Assembly (NCBI GenBank): GCA_020832515.1
Contig: JAFIEN010000001.1
Coordinates: 1-42,896, forward strand
DNA length: 42,896 bases
Source of the DNA: Rubellimicrobium sp.
GTDB taxonomy: Bacteria; Pseudomonadota; Alphaproteobacteria; Rhodobacterales; Rhodobacteraceae
Direction: 5' to 3'
Shown: piece by piece, positions 32,709-40,712 of the stretch
Layout: each line of letters opens with the position of its first letter
How positions within the stretch are numbered: position 1 is the first letter of the stretch
The notes under the pieces: model-generated
Databases searched by the model: none
Told to the model about the DNA's origin: nothing
What the model saw: only the letters and a program-made list of their open reading frames with translations
Position numbers and translations under genes: made by a program

Positions 32709-33275
32709 CTATTTCTGCTCATAGCTGAACGGCGAGGCGAAATCGGCCATCAGCGGGGCGGCCGCATCCTTGGCCGAGAGGATGGGCATAGTGCCGACAT
32801 GCGGCCAGTCGATGGCAAGATCCGGGTCATCCCAGCGCACCGCCCCGTCGCAGTCGGGGGCGTAGAAATCGGAACATTTGTAGACGATTTCCGTATCGGG
32901 CGCGCAGGTCATGAAACCGTGCAGGAAACCCCTGGGGATCAGCAGCTGATGCCCGTTTTCGGCCGAAAGCTCATATCCCACCCATTTGCCATAGGTGGGA
33001 GAGCCGACACGGATATCGACCGCCACATCGAACAGCACCCCCCGCCCGCAGCGCACCAGCTTGTCCTGCGCATGGGGCGGCGACTGGAAATGCAGGCCGC
33101 GCATCGTGCCGGGGGTGGCCGAGAGGGAATGGTTGTCCTGCACGAAGTCGATGTCGATCCCCGCCTCGGCCAGGACGCGCCTGCTCCATGTCTCGGCAAA
33201 GAAGCCGCGGTCGTCGCCAAAGCGACGGGGCACCAGAAGCATGACGCCGGGAAGGGCCGTGGCGGTGATCTGCAT
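32709..33275 (-). CDS. rfbC: dTDP-4-dehydrorhamnose 3,5-epimerase
   Basis: 188 aa. Motifs: PRRFGDDRGFFAETW, QDNHSLS, RGLHFQ and KLVRCGRGVLFDVAVD. Confidence 0.92.
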   Translation of the reverse strand: MQITATALPGVMLLVPRRFGDDRGFFAETWSRRVLAEAGIDIDFVQDNHSLSATPGTMRGLHFQSPPHAQDKLVRCGRGVLFDVAVDIRVGSPTYGKWVGYELSAENGHQLLIPRGFLHGFMTCAPDTEIVYKCSDFYAPDCDGAVRWDDPDLAIDWPHVGTMPILSAKDAAAPLMADFASPFSYEQK

Positions 33276-33472
33276 GGGCGGCGCGGTCCTTTGGGGAAAC
33301 TCGGGGCCGTTTTCCCGCGAAAGCCCGTGCGAGGCAAGGGCGGCAGGACCGACCCCCGAAGGGACGCGGTTTCGCCGTCACAGCGCGCGGCCCGGTGAGG
33401 CGCCGTTAACCCTTCCGCCCGACCCTCGCGCCCGAGACCCTGTCCGACACCCGCCAGCGGAGCACCTGCCCC

Positions 33473-34525
33473 ATGTCCGAACTGTCCCCCCGCCTGTCCC
33501 TGCCCTTCCTGCAGCCCGCACAGGCGCAGAAACATGTCACCCATAACGAGGCGCTGGAGGTGCTGGACGGGGTGGTGCAGCTGTCGGTGGCAAGCCGGAC
33601 CGAAAGCACCCCCCCCGCCAGCCCCGGGCCGCTTGCCCGCCATATCGTGCCTGCGGGGGCCACGGGCAGCTGGGCCGGGCAGACGGGCCGGGTCGCGGTC
33701 TGGCAGCAGGGCGGCTGGGTGTTCCTTGCGCCCCGCACCGGCTGGCTGGCCTGGGTCGAGGACGAGGGGCAGCTTGTCGTGCGGCAAGGCGCGGACTGGG
33801 GGCCGGTGCCGGGCGCAGCGGGGGGCCAGGGCAGTTTCGAGACGCTGGGGGTGAATGCCGGCGCCGACAGCACCAATCGCCTGAGCGTTGCCGCCGAGGC
33901 CACGCTCCTGAACCATGCAGGTGCCGGCCATCAGCTCAAGATCAACAAGGCGGCAAGTGCCCAGACGGCCAGCCTTCTGTTCCAGAGCGGCTTTTCCGGC
34001 CGGGCCGAGATGGGGCTGGCGGGGAATGACGATTTCGCCATCAAGACCTCGTCCGACGGGACCGCCTTCCAGACCGCGCTCAGCGTGACGGCCGCAACCG
34101 GGGTGCCCGATCTGGCCGCAGGGGCGACGGTCGGGGGGCATGTCGCCTGTCACCGGGGCAATCTGCTGGGGACCGTGGGCCAGAGCGGCGGCCAGCCCAC
34201 GGGGGCGGTGATCGAAAGCGGCGGGGACGCGAACGGGCAGTTCCTGCGGCTGGCCGACGGCAGCCAGATCTGCTGGATCACCACGCTGTCGGCCGCCAAT
34301 GCCGCAACCGCGATGGGCGCGCTGTTCCGGTCGTCCGATGTGGGCTGGACCTTTCCGCAAGCCTTCGCGACCCCCCCGGTCGTGTCGGGCCAGACGGCGG
34401 ATACCGAGGTCTGGGTGACGGCGGCCACGCCTTCGGCCAGCGCCTGCAGCTTGCGCGCGGTGGCGGCGGTCTCGAAAGGGGCGGCGGTCGGGATCAGGGC
34501 GGTGGCGGTGGGGCGCTGGTTCTGA
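33473..34525 (+). CDS. DUF2793-type protein (phage tail-fibre-like)
   Basis: The N-terminus LSLPFLQPAQAQKHVTHNEALEVLD matches my memory of the DUF2793 signature. The middle segment FETLGVNAGADSTNRLSVAAEATLLNH...LKINKAASAQTASLLFQSGFSGRAEMGLAGNDDFAIK is typical of these alphaproteobacterial fibre-like proteins. Confidence 0.65.
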   Translation: MSELSPRLSLPFLQPAQAQKHVTHNEALEVLDGVVQLSVASRTESTPPASPGPLARHIVPAGATGSWAGQTGRVAVWQQGGWVFLAPRTGWLAWVEDEGQLVVRQGADWGPVPGAAGGQGSFETLGVNAGADSTNRLSVAAEATLLNHAGAGHQLKINKAASAQTASLLFQSGFSGRAEMGLAGNDDFAIKTSSDGTAFQTALSVTAATGVPDLAAGATVGGHVACHRGNLLGTVGQSGGQPTGAVIESGGDANGQFLRLADGSQICWITTLSAANAATAMGALFRSSDVGWTFPQAFATPPVVSGQTADTEVWVTAATPSASACSLRAVAAVSKGAAVGIRAVAVGRWF

Positions 34526-34615
34526 TCTGAAAGCCCTTGCAAACAAGGTCATACCGCGCATGGTGATCGTCAAGCTGGGACTTTGCAGATAACCAGACGG
34601 TCCTACTCGGGATCA

Positions 34616-34652
34616 GTCAAGATGCGATAAGATACGATTATCACATCTTGAC
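34616..34652. promoter_or_regulatory. AT-rich imperfect palindrome, GTCAAGATGCGATAA-GATACG-ATTATCACATCTTGAC; candidate recombinase core site or operator
   Basis: GTCAAGATG at 34616-34624 is the exact reverse complement of CATCTTGAC at 34644-34652. An inner GATAA/TTATC pair is also inverted. The site ends 33 bp upstream of the recombinase ATG. Confidence 0.5.
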
Positions 34653-34684
34653 GAAACGGACCTCCGACGGCCACTCTGGCGCCC

Positions 34685-35794
34685 ATGGCGCTGCCCTCCC
34701 CTGCCCTGCTGCCCCTCTCCTCGACGGCGCTTGACCCGGCCGACCGCGCGGGTCTCGAGGCGCTGCATCTGGCCGGCACGCCGGACAACACGCGCCGCGC
34801 CTATGCGCGCGATCTGGCCTATCTGGCCGCCTGGAAGGAGGCCGCCTTCGCCGCGCCCCTGATCTGGCCCGAGACCGAGGCGGTGGCGCTGCGGTTCCTG
34901 CTTGATCATGCGCGGGATCTGGAGACGGCCCCCCCCGAAGACCCGGCCCGGATCGTGGCCGAACGGATGGTCGCCCTGGGTCTGCGGCTCAGCCTCGCGC
35001 GGCCCGCCCCCGCGACGCTGGACCGGCGCATCGCCAGCTGGCGCGCCTTCCACCGGATGCGCAATCTGCCCAGCCCCTTCGAGGCCCCGCTCCTGCGCCA
35101 GACGCGGGCCAAGGCGCGCAAGGCATCCGGCCACCTGCCCCGGCCGAAATCCGCCCATCCGATCACCCGCGAGATCCTGATCGAGATGATCCGCGCCACC
35201 GGCCCCGGCCTTCGCGGCCTGCGCGACCGGGCGGTGCTCTGTCTGGGCTGGGCCTCGGGCGGGCGCAGGCGAAGCGAGATCGCGGGCCTCATGCGCGAGG
35301 ATCTGGACCTGACCGGGTTCGATGCCGAGGGGATCGTGCGGTTGCGGCTGGTGCGCACCAAGACGACCGGAACCGGAACCGCCCCCCGGCTGGTCCTCAA
35401 GGGGATGGCAGCGCGGGCGCTGGTGGCCTGGCTCGATGCAGGCCGCATCACCGAGGGGCCGGTCTTTCGCCGCATCACCCGGACGGGCACGGTGGGGGCC
35501 TGCGCGCTGTCGCCGGCGGGCGTGGGGCAGATCGTCAAGCGGCTGGTGGTGGCCACGGGGCGGGGGGGCGATTTCGCCTCGGCCCACGGGCTTCGGGCGG
35601 GGTTTCTCACCCAGGCGGCGCTGGACGGGGTGCCGGTGCAGGCGGCGATGCGGCTGTCGCTGCACCGCTCTGCCCTGCAGGCACAGAAATACTACGCCGA
35701 TGTCGAGATCGCGGCCAATCCCGCAGCCGATCTGCTGGAGCGCGGGACTGGCGAGGCAGGATCTGGCGAAACCGGGCCTCTCGCAGGGCTGTGA
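34685..35794 (+). CDS. Tyrosine site-specific recombinase (phage-integrase / Xer-like family)
   Basis: 369 aa. The N-terminal SAM-like region is TRRAYARDLAYLAAW. The catalytic region includes GGRRRSEI (Arg I), HGLRAGF (H-x-x-R) and LHRS...KYY (His and the Tyr nucleophile). Confidence 0.85.
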   Translation: MALPSPALLPLSSTALDPADRAGLEALHLAGTPDNTRRAYARDLAYLAAWKEAAFAAPLIWPETEAVALRFLLDHARDLETAPPEDPARIVAERMVALGLRLSLARPAPATLDRRIASWRAFHRMRNLPSPFEAPLLRQTRAKARKASGHLPRPKSAHPITREILIEMIRATGPGLRGLRDRAVLCLGWASGGRRRSEIAGLMREDLDLTGFDAEGIVRLRLVRTKTTGTGTAPRLVLKGMAARALVAWLDAGRITEGPVFRRITRTGTVGACALSPAGVGQIVKRLVVATGRGGDFASAHGLRAGFLTQAALDGVPVQAAMRLSLHRSALQAQKYYADVEIAANPAADLLERGTGEAGSGETGPLAGL

Positions 35795-35825
35795 GGGCTG
35801 TCGCGCTTGATTCCCGCCGCCCCGG

Positions 35826-36701
35826 ATGGGAATGTCGGACGCGAACGCCTGCCTTCGGGATCCCAGCTGCATGACCTCCCTGACCGATCCCCCGGACCAG
35901 CCGGACCAGCGCCGGCTGCGCTCGGTCCACAAGGTGGGCCGGCTGGCCACGGCCCGCACGGTCATGGCGCTGATCCTGCGCGAGATGACCTCGACCTATG
36001 GCCGCACGCCGGGGGGCTATCTGTGGACCGTGCTCGAGCCGGTGGCGGGGATCGCGGTGCTGACCATGATCTTCTCGCTGATGGTGCGCTCGCCCCCCGT
36101 GGGCAACAGTTTCGCGCTTTTCTATGCGACGGGGCTGCTGCCCCTGACGATGTTCATGACGATCAGCTCGAAGGTCGCGCAGTCGCTGGGCTATTCCAAG
36201 CAGCTTCTGGCCTATCCGCGGGTGACGATCATGGATGCGATCCTTGCGCGGCTGATCCTGAATGTGATGACCCAGCTTCTGGTCGGCTATATCGTGCTGA
36301 CCGGGATCGTGCTCCATGCCCAGCCGGACTTCCGGCTGATCTTTCCGCTGGCCGTTCTGTCCTATGCGATGGCTATCGCGGCCGGTCTGGGGATGGGCAT
36401 CATGAACTGCTACCTGTTCTACCAGTTCCCGCTCTGGCAAAGCTTCTGGACCATCATCACACGGCCGCTGTTTCTGGTGTCGGGCGTGATCTTCATCCCC
36501 GAACGCTTTCCCCCCGATATCCGCGACACGCTCTATTACAACCCGCTCGTCCATGTGACGGGCCAGATGCGGCGGGCCTTCTACCCCAGCTATCACGGGA
36601 CCTATGTCACGCCGGGCTATGTCTTTGCCGTGGCGCTAATCCTGGGCGTGATCGGGCTTCTGTTCCTGTGGCGCTATCACCGCGACATCCTGGAGCTTTA
36701 G
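35826..36701 (+). CDS. kpsM: ABC-2 type polysaccharide-export permease (KpsM/CtrC-like), with no partner ATPase in the window
   Basis: Motifs: LILREMTSTYGRTPGGYLWTVLEPVAGI, and YYNPLVHVTGQMR (compare E. coli KpsM, LWNPLVHV). It has six hydrophobic segments. ATG 35871 is an alternative start. Confidence 0.8.
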   Translation: MGMSDANACLRDPSCMTSLTDPPDQPDQRRLRSVHKVGRLATARTVMALILREMTSTYGRTPGGYLWTVLEPVAGIAVLTMIFSLMVRSPPVGNSFALFYATGLLPLTMFMTISSKVAQSLGYSKQLLAYPRVTIMDAILARLILNVMTQLLVGYIVLTGIVLHAQPDFRLIFPLAVLSYAMAIAAGLGMGIMNCYLFYQFPLWQSFWTIITRPLFLVSGVIFIPERFPPDIRDTLYYNPLVHVTGQMRRAFYPSYHGTYVTPGYVFAVALILGVIGLLFLWRYHRDILEL

Positions 36702-36724
36702 AGACCCCTTTCAGCCGGCGCCTT

Positions 36725-37762
36725 TCATCCCGCGCGCCCTGCCCGTTTCGCCAGCCAGCCCAGAAAGGCGCGGTCGGGCGCATGCAGCCGCGGGCAGCCC
36801 GAGGCCTGCCAGACGCCCTCCCATTCGGCGACGAGTGCGTGGATGTCCCAGCCGGGCAGGATCAGGCGCCCCTCATCCAGCGTCTCGGGCTTCAGTGGGG
36901 GCGCGGGCAGGGGCTCCAGAAGACCTGCCCGGGGGGCGAAGCGAATGATATCGCCGGGTTCTTCGGACATGAGGTAATCGGGCAGGGTGTCGGCCGCGAT
37001 CATGTCGCGCAGCATCTTGCGGAATACCCGGCGGGGCGAGGCCGAGCCCGATTTCTTGTGCAGAAGCTCGACCGAGATCCGCCAGCTTTCCTGTCTGCCG
37101 CAATGCTTGCGCGCCAGTTCATAGACCCGCCGCTCCAGGGGCTTGCGCAGGCGGAAGTAATCGCGGCTCAGCGTCAGGACCGATTTCGACAGGACCGCGC
37201 GGAAAAGCCAGTCCGACAGCGTGATCGAGACCGAGACCATCCGCCCGCCGCGCGCCTTGCGCAGGATCTGCCAGCTTTCGATCAGGCCGAAGCCGGTCGT
37301 GACCTCGACACCGCCGGTCGCGAAATTCGTGGTGATGCGCGTCCCCGCCAGCCGTTCGAGCGCGTCGCGCAAGCGCTGGTAGCCGTCTCCGGAGGTTTCG
37401 CGATTGGTCGCGACCAGCATGTCATGGGCGCGCATCTGCAGCGTGCGGCTGACATTGCGGCCGGCATTCAGCGCGGCCATGAGCTGGCTGATGCAATAGA
37501 TCAGCACATCCTTGTCATGGATCGTGGCGAGCCCCCGGACCGAGGGGGTGACCTCGATCCGCGTGCCGTTATGGTCATAGCGCAGGATGCGCAGGTCGGG
37601 CCGGGTGGCCAGCGAAAAGAGCGGATGCTCCATCGAGGCCATGTCGTCCTTGGGGATCGCGCCCAGGACATCGCAGAGGAAGAAATCCCCCTGCCGGTGC
37701 CTGTCGGGAGCCCATCCGGCCCGTCCCTGGACCCGTCCCTGCGGAATCCCCGCCTCTGCCAT
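36725..37762 (-). CDS. repA: Plasmid replication initiator, RPA (replication initiator protein A) family
   Basis: The segment DFFLCDVLGAIPKDDMASMEHPLFSLATRPDLRILRYDHNGTRIEVTPSVRGLATIHDKDVLIYCISQ matches the N-terminal signature of RPA-family initiators found on Rhodobacteraceae RepA-type plasmids. The gene is divergent from parAB, with the origin-like region between them. Confidence 0.8.
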   Translation of the reverse strand: MAEAGIPQGRVQGRAGWAPDRHRQGDFFLCDVLGAIPKDDMASMEHPLFSLATRPDLRILRYDHNGTRIEVTPSVRGLATIHDKDVLIYCISQLMAALNAGRNVSRTLQMRAHDMLVATNRETSGDGYQRLRDALERLAGTRITTNFATGGVEVTTGFGLIESWQILRKARGGRMVSVSITLSDWLFRAVLSKSVLTLSRDYFRLRKPLERRVYELARKHCGRQESWRISVELLHKKSGSASPRRVFRKMLRDMIAADTLPDYLMSEEPGDIIRFAPRAGLLEPLPAPPLKPETLDEGRLILPGWDIHALVAEWEGVWQASGCPRLHAPDRAFLGWLAKRAGRAG

Positions 37763-37867
37763 CGCTGTCCTGCCCAGCCCCGTTGCCCACGCTGGCGGCC
37801 GCCTTCTCGATGGGGTGCATTTCTCCCCGGGCGACTCGAACGTGGTTTCGATGACACCAGCCTAGAG

Positions 37868-37876
37868 TTATCCACA
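37868..37876 (+). promoter_or_regulatory. Perfect DnaA box, TTATCCACA
   Basis: It is an exact match to the consensus 9-mer and lies 106 bp upstream of the repA start. Confidence 0.7.
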
Positions 37877-37927
37877 GGACCGGTCCAGCGGCAGGTCGGA
37901 TCTGCGGAGATGAGCCGGCCGGACTTC

Positions 37928-37986
37928 GGGGGATCGGAATCGTTTCAACGGGGGATCGGAGTCACCCGATCGTGGGACCGGAATCG
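37928..37986. repeat. Three iteron-like direct repeats phased at 22 bp (GGGATCGGAATCG / GGGATCGGAGTCA / GGGACCGGAATCG)
   Basis: The GGG(A/-)(T/C)CGGA cores start at 37930, 37952 and 37974, an exact 22-bp spacing. They lie between the DnaA box and the AT-rich tract. Confidence 0.7.
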
Positions 37987-38019
37987 CACGACACCGCAGA
38001 AACCCAAAAGTCTTGTTTT

Positions 38020-38100
38020 ACTTCAAAGGCTTGAGGGAACCGGTCTAACCCTTAACATATCATCTAACCGCATTCTAACTCGAGAGAGGGCCGGAGCGAT
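38020..38100. promoter_or_regulatory. AT-rich tract with three TCTAAC motifs (candidate DNA-unwinding element and parA promoter)
   Basis: The sequence is gtcttgttttacttcaaagg...ggtctaacccttaacatatcatctaaccgcattctaactcg. TCTAAC occurs at 38044, 38063 and 38074. It is the most AT-rich stretch of the repA-parA intergenic region. Confidence 0.45.
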
Positions 38101-38241
38101 GCCGAAACCCCACAGGACAGCGTCCAAAATGCCTTGAAAAGGCCGGGGCATTGGTGGCGATGTTGCGAAAATCCTGTCATGTGCGGTCTTTTCGGGTATG
38201 CTGCGGAAAACACCGCACATGAGGCCAAAGCCGTGACAGAG

Positions 38242-39618
38242 ATGCAGGCGCCCCCGCCCTATTTCAACATCGACCCCGATCGCGCCCTGGCCGAGCTTGA
38301 TGCGCCTGCCACCACCGCCCGCTTTGCCGAGATCGCCGCCGCCTGCACGCGGGGGCGCGAGGATCTGGCCAGCCGGGGCCTGAACCCCGAGGGCCGGAAA
38401 GAGCTGCGGCTGTTCTCGACATGGGAGATCACGAAATACCTCATCCCCGTGGCGGTCGCCCATTTCCGGCGCGTGCTGAAGCAGAACCCGCATCTGCCGC
38501 AGGGCCGGGCCGAAACCGAAGGCGGCGCCAAATGGTTCACCTTCGAAGAGGTCCTGCTGCTGCGCGCGCATTTCGCCGGTGCAGGGTCCAAGGCCAAGGA
38601 ATACCGCCCCTACCGGCCCGCGGGGCTGCCCGCGAAATGCGTGGCGGTGGCGAATTTCAAGGGCGGGGTCGGCAAGACCTCGACCGCGGCGCACCTGGCG
38701 ATGTCGGCGGCCCTCGACGGCTACCGGGTGCTGGTGGTCGATCTCGACAGCCAGGGCTCGATGACCTCGATCTTCGCAGGGCGGGTGGCGGATGAATGGC
38801 AGACGGTCTTTCCGCTGCTCGCGCGCCATTACGCGGGCCACCTGCAGGCCGAGAACCGGGCCCGGATGGCCCGCGGCGACGATCCGCTGGCGCTGGACGA
38901 AACCCTGTCCGAGGCGCTCGAGGTGAAGGCGCAGGACCTGATCCAGCGCACCCATTGGCCGAACATCGACCTGATCGGGGCGCAGCTGAACCTCTACTGG
39001 TCGGAATTCCAGATCCCCGTCTGGCGGATGCAGGGCCGGTCGTGGAAGCTTTGGGACGCGCTCTCCGACATGCTGGAGGCCGACGGGGTGCTGGACGAGT
39101 ATGACATCGTCTTTCTCGATACGCCGCCCGCGCTGGGGTATCTGACGATCAACGGGCTGGCTGCGGCGGATATCCTGCTGGTGCCGCTTGGCGCCTCGTT
39201 CCTGGAATTCGATTCCACGGGGCGGTTCTTCGACATGCTTCATTCCACCTTCGCCTCGATCGAGCAGGGCGAGAACATGGCCGCCCGCGCGCTGGGGCAG
39301 CGGGGGCTCTCGTTCGAATGGGATGCGGTGCGCGCCATCGTCACCCGCTATGACCGGGGCCAGCAGGCGGAACTGGCGGCCCTGATGCAGGCCTATCTGG
39401 GCACGACGCTCTCGCCCCACCGGCAGGATTTCACCGCGCTGATCGGGCAGGCGGGCGAACAGGTGAACGGCATCTACGAGGCCGATTACCGCGACTTCAA
39501 CCGCGAGACCTATGCCCGCGGCCGCGAAACCTTCGACGAGACCTATGCCGCCTTCAAGCGCCTGCTCCTGGGCATCTGGCGACGCGAGGAACTGGCGCAG
39601 GCGCGGGCGGCGGGATGA
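38242..39618 (+). CDS. parA: Plasmid partition ATPase (ParA/RepA-type, with an N-terminal HTH extension)
   Basis: The deviant Walker A is VANFKGGVGKTSTAAHL, followed by VLVVDLDSQGS and IVFLDTPPALG. The start is taken at ATG 38242 within track ORF 38134-39618. Confidence 0.88.
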   Translation: MQAPPPYFNIDPDRALAELDAPATTARFAEIAAACTRGREDLASRGLNPEGRKELRLFSTWEITKYLIPVAVAHFRRVLKQNPHLPQGRAETEGGAKWFTFEEVLLLRAHFAGAGSKAKEYRPYRPAGLPAKCVAVANFKGGVGKTSTAAHLAMSAALDGYRVLVVDLDSQGSMTSIFAGRVADEWQTVFPLLARHYAGHLQAENRARMARGDDPLALDETLSEALEVKAQDLIQRTHWPNIDLIGAQLNLYWSEFQIPVWRMQGRSWKLWDALSDMLEADGVLDEYDIVFLDTPPALGYLTINGLAAADILLVPLGASFLEFDSTGRFFDMLHSTFASIEQGENMAARALGQRGLSFEWDAVRAIVTRYDRGQQAELAALMQAYLGTTLSPHRQDFTALIGQAGEQVNGIYEADYRDFNRETYARGRETFDETYAAFKRLLLGIWRREELAQARAAG

Positions 39619-39670
39619 GCGGATCAGTGTCTATGGGCCGCAACAGAGACTGTTTCAGGGAGGGTCAGGC

Positions 39671-40690
39671 ATGGCACGCAAACGGCTGAGCGGGCCCCTG
39701 CCCGATTACCTCGACGCCCCCCGGGAGGCGCCCGCTGCGGCACAGACACCCCCCCTGCCCCGCGCGCCCATCGCCCAGGTCGCGGGCGAAAGCGCGGCTC
39801 TGGCGGCTTTCGAGGCTGTCTCGGCCGAACTGACGGCGGCGCGGGAAGAGGGGCGGATGGTCCTGTCGCTGCCGCTTTCGGACCTTGCCGCCGATTACCT
39901 GATCCGCGACCGGATCGCGCCCGAACCGCAAGCGATGGCGGAACTGGTCGACAGCCTGCGCGCGCGCGGCCAGCAGGCCCCTGTCGAGGTGGTGGACCGG
40001 GGCGAGGGGGCCGTGCCCCGCTACGGCCTGATCTCGGGCTGGCGGCGGCTTCTGGCGCTCGAGGCGCTGCTGCGAGAGACGGGCGAGGACCGCTTCGCCC
40101 GGGTGCTGGCCCTGGTGCGGCAGCCAGAGGGCGGGGCGGATGCCTATGTCGCCATGGTCGAGGAGAACGAGATCCGGGCGGGGCTCTCGTTCTACGAACG
40201 CGCCCGGATCGTGATGCGCGCGGTCGAGGCCGGGGTCTATCCGACCGAGAAGGCCGCCCTTCAAGGCCTGTTCGCCACGGCGAGTTTCGCCAAGCGCTCG
40301 AAGGTCAAATCCTTCATCGGCGTGGTCGAGGCACTGGACGGGGCGCTGGCCTTTCCCGCGCGGATCCCCGAACGCACGGGGCTTGCGCTGGCCAAGGCGC
40401 TGTCCCTGGATCCCGGCTTTGCCCTGCGCGCCCGCGCGGCGCTATCGCCGCCCGCACCCACGCCCGAGGCCGAGGCGGCGGTTCTGGCGCGGCTTCTCAA
40501 GCGCCCCAGACCTGAACGACAAGACACTGAACCCGCCGAAACAGAGCCTGTTCTGGAAGAGATCCGCGAAGAGGTGCGGGTCACGGTCCGGGACGGGGAA
40601 ATCCTGCTGGCCGGCCCCGGTGCCGGGGCCGATCTTGCCCGGCGGCTGCGGCTCTGGCTGGCCGGACAGGGCTATCCCGGCCTGCGTTAA
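39671..40690 (+). CDS. parB: ParB-family partition / centromere-binding protein
   Basis: ATG 39671 is preceded by GGAGGG 6 nt upstream; the track ORF starts at 39512. The ParB N-terminal nuclease-like motif is PVEVVDRGEGAVPRYGLISGWRRLLALEAL. It follows parA by 52 bp. Confidence 0.82.
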   Translation: MARKRLSGPLPDYLDAPREAPAAAQTPPLPRAPIAQVAGESAALAAFEAVSAELTAAREEGRMVLSLPLSDLAADYLIRDRIAPEPQAMAELVDSLRARGQQAPVEVVDRGEGAVPRYGLISGWRRLLALEALLRETGEDRFARVLALVRQPEGGADAYVAMVEENEIRAGLSFYERARIVMRAVEAGVYPTEKAALQGLFATASFAKRSKVKSFIGVVEALDGALAFPARIPERTGLALAKALSLDPGFALRARAALSPPAPTPEAEAAVLARLLKRPRPERQDTEPAETEPVLEEIREEVRVTVRDGEILLAGPGAGADLARRLRLWLAGQGYPGLR

Positions 40691-40694
40691 CCTT

Positions 40695-40712
40695 TCTTTC
40701 GCATGCGAAAGA
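40695..40712. promoter_or_regulatory. 18-bp perfect palindrome, TCTTTCGCATGCGAAAGA; candidate parS
   Basis: It begins 5 nt after the parB stop. No T-run follows it, so a protein-binding site is more likely than a terminator. It is flanked by CGTTAACCTT direct repeats at 40685 and 40745. Confidence 0.45.

Noticed and set aside
34526-34684. tRNA or attachment site next to the recombinase, which would mark an integrative element
   Set aside because: No cloverleaf-compatible sequence is visible, and no direct repeat of the palindrome occurs elsewhere in the window. The gene sits beside plasmid backbone genes, so a resolution role is the more economical explanation.
33473-35794. Prophage or GTA remnant (fibre-like gene plus recombinase)
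   Set aside because: There are only two genes and no capsid, portal, terminase or tail genes. This is insufficient to call a mobile element.
34613-39420. ORFs 34613-35965 (-), 35807-38137 (+, 776 aa) and 38023-39420 (-)
   Set aside because: They are antisense or out of frame relative to the recombinase, kpsM, repA and parA. ORF 35807-38137 would even run through the origin region. Their composition is junk.
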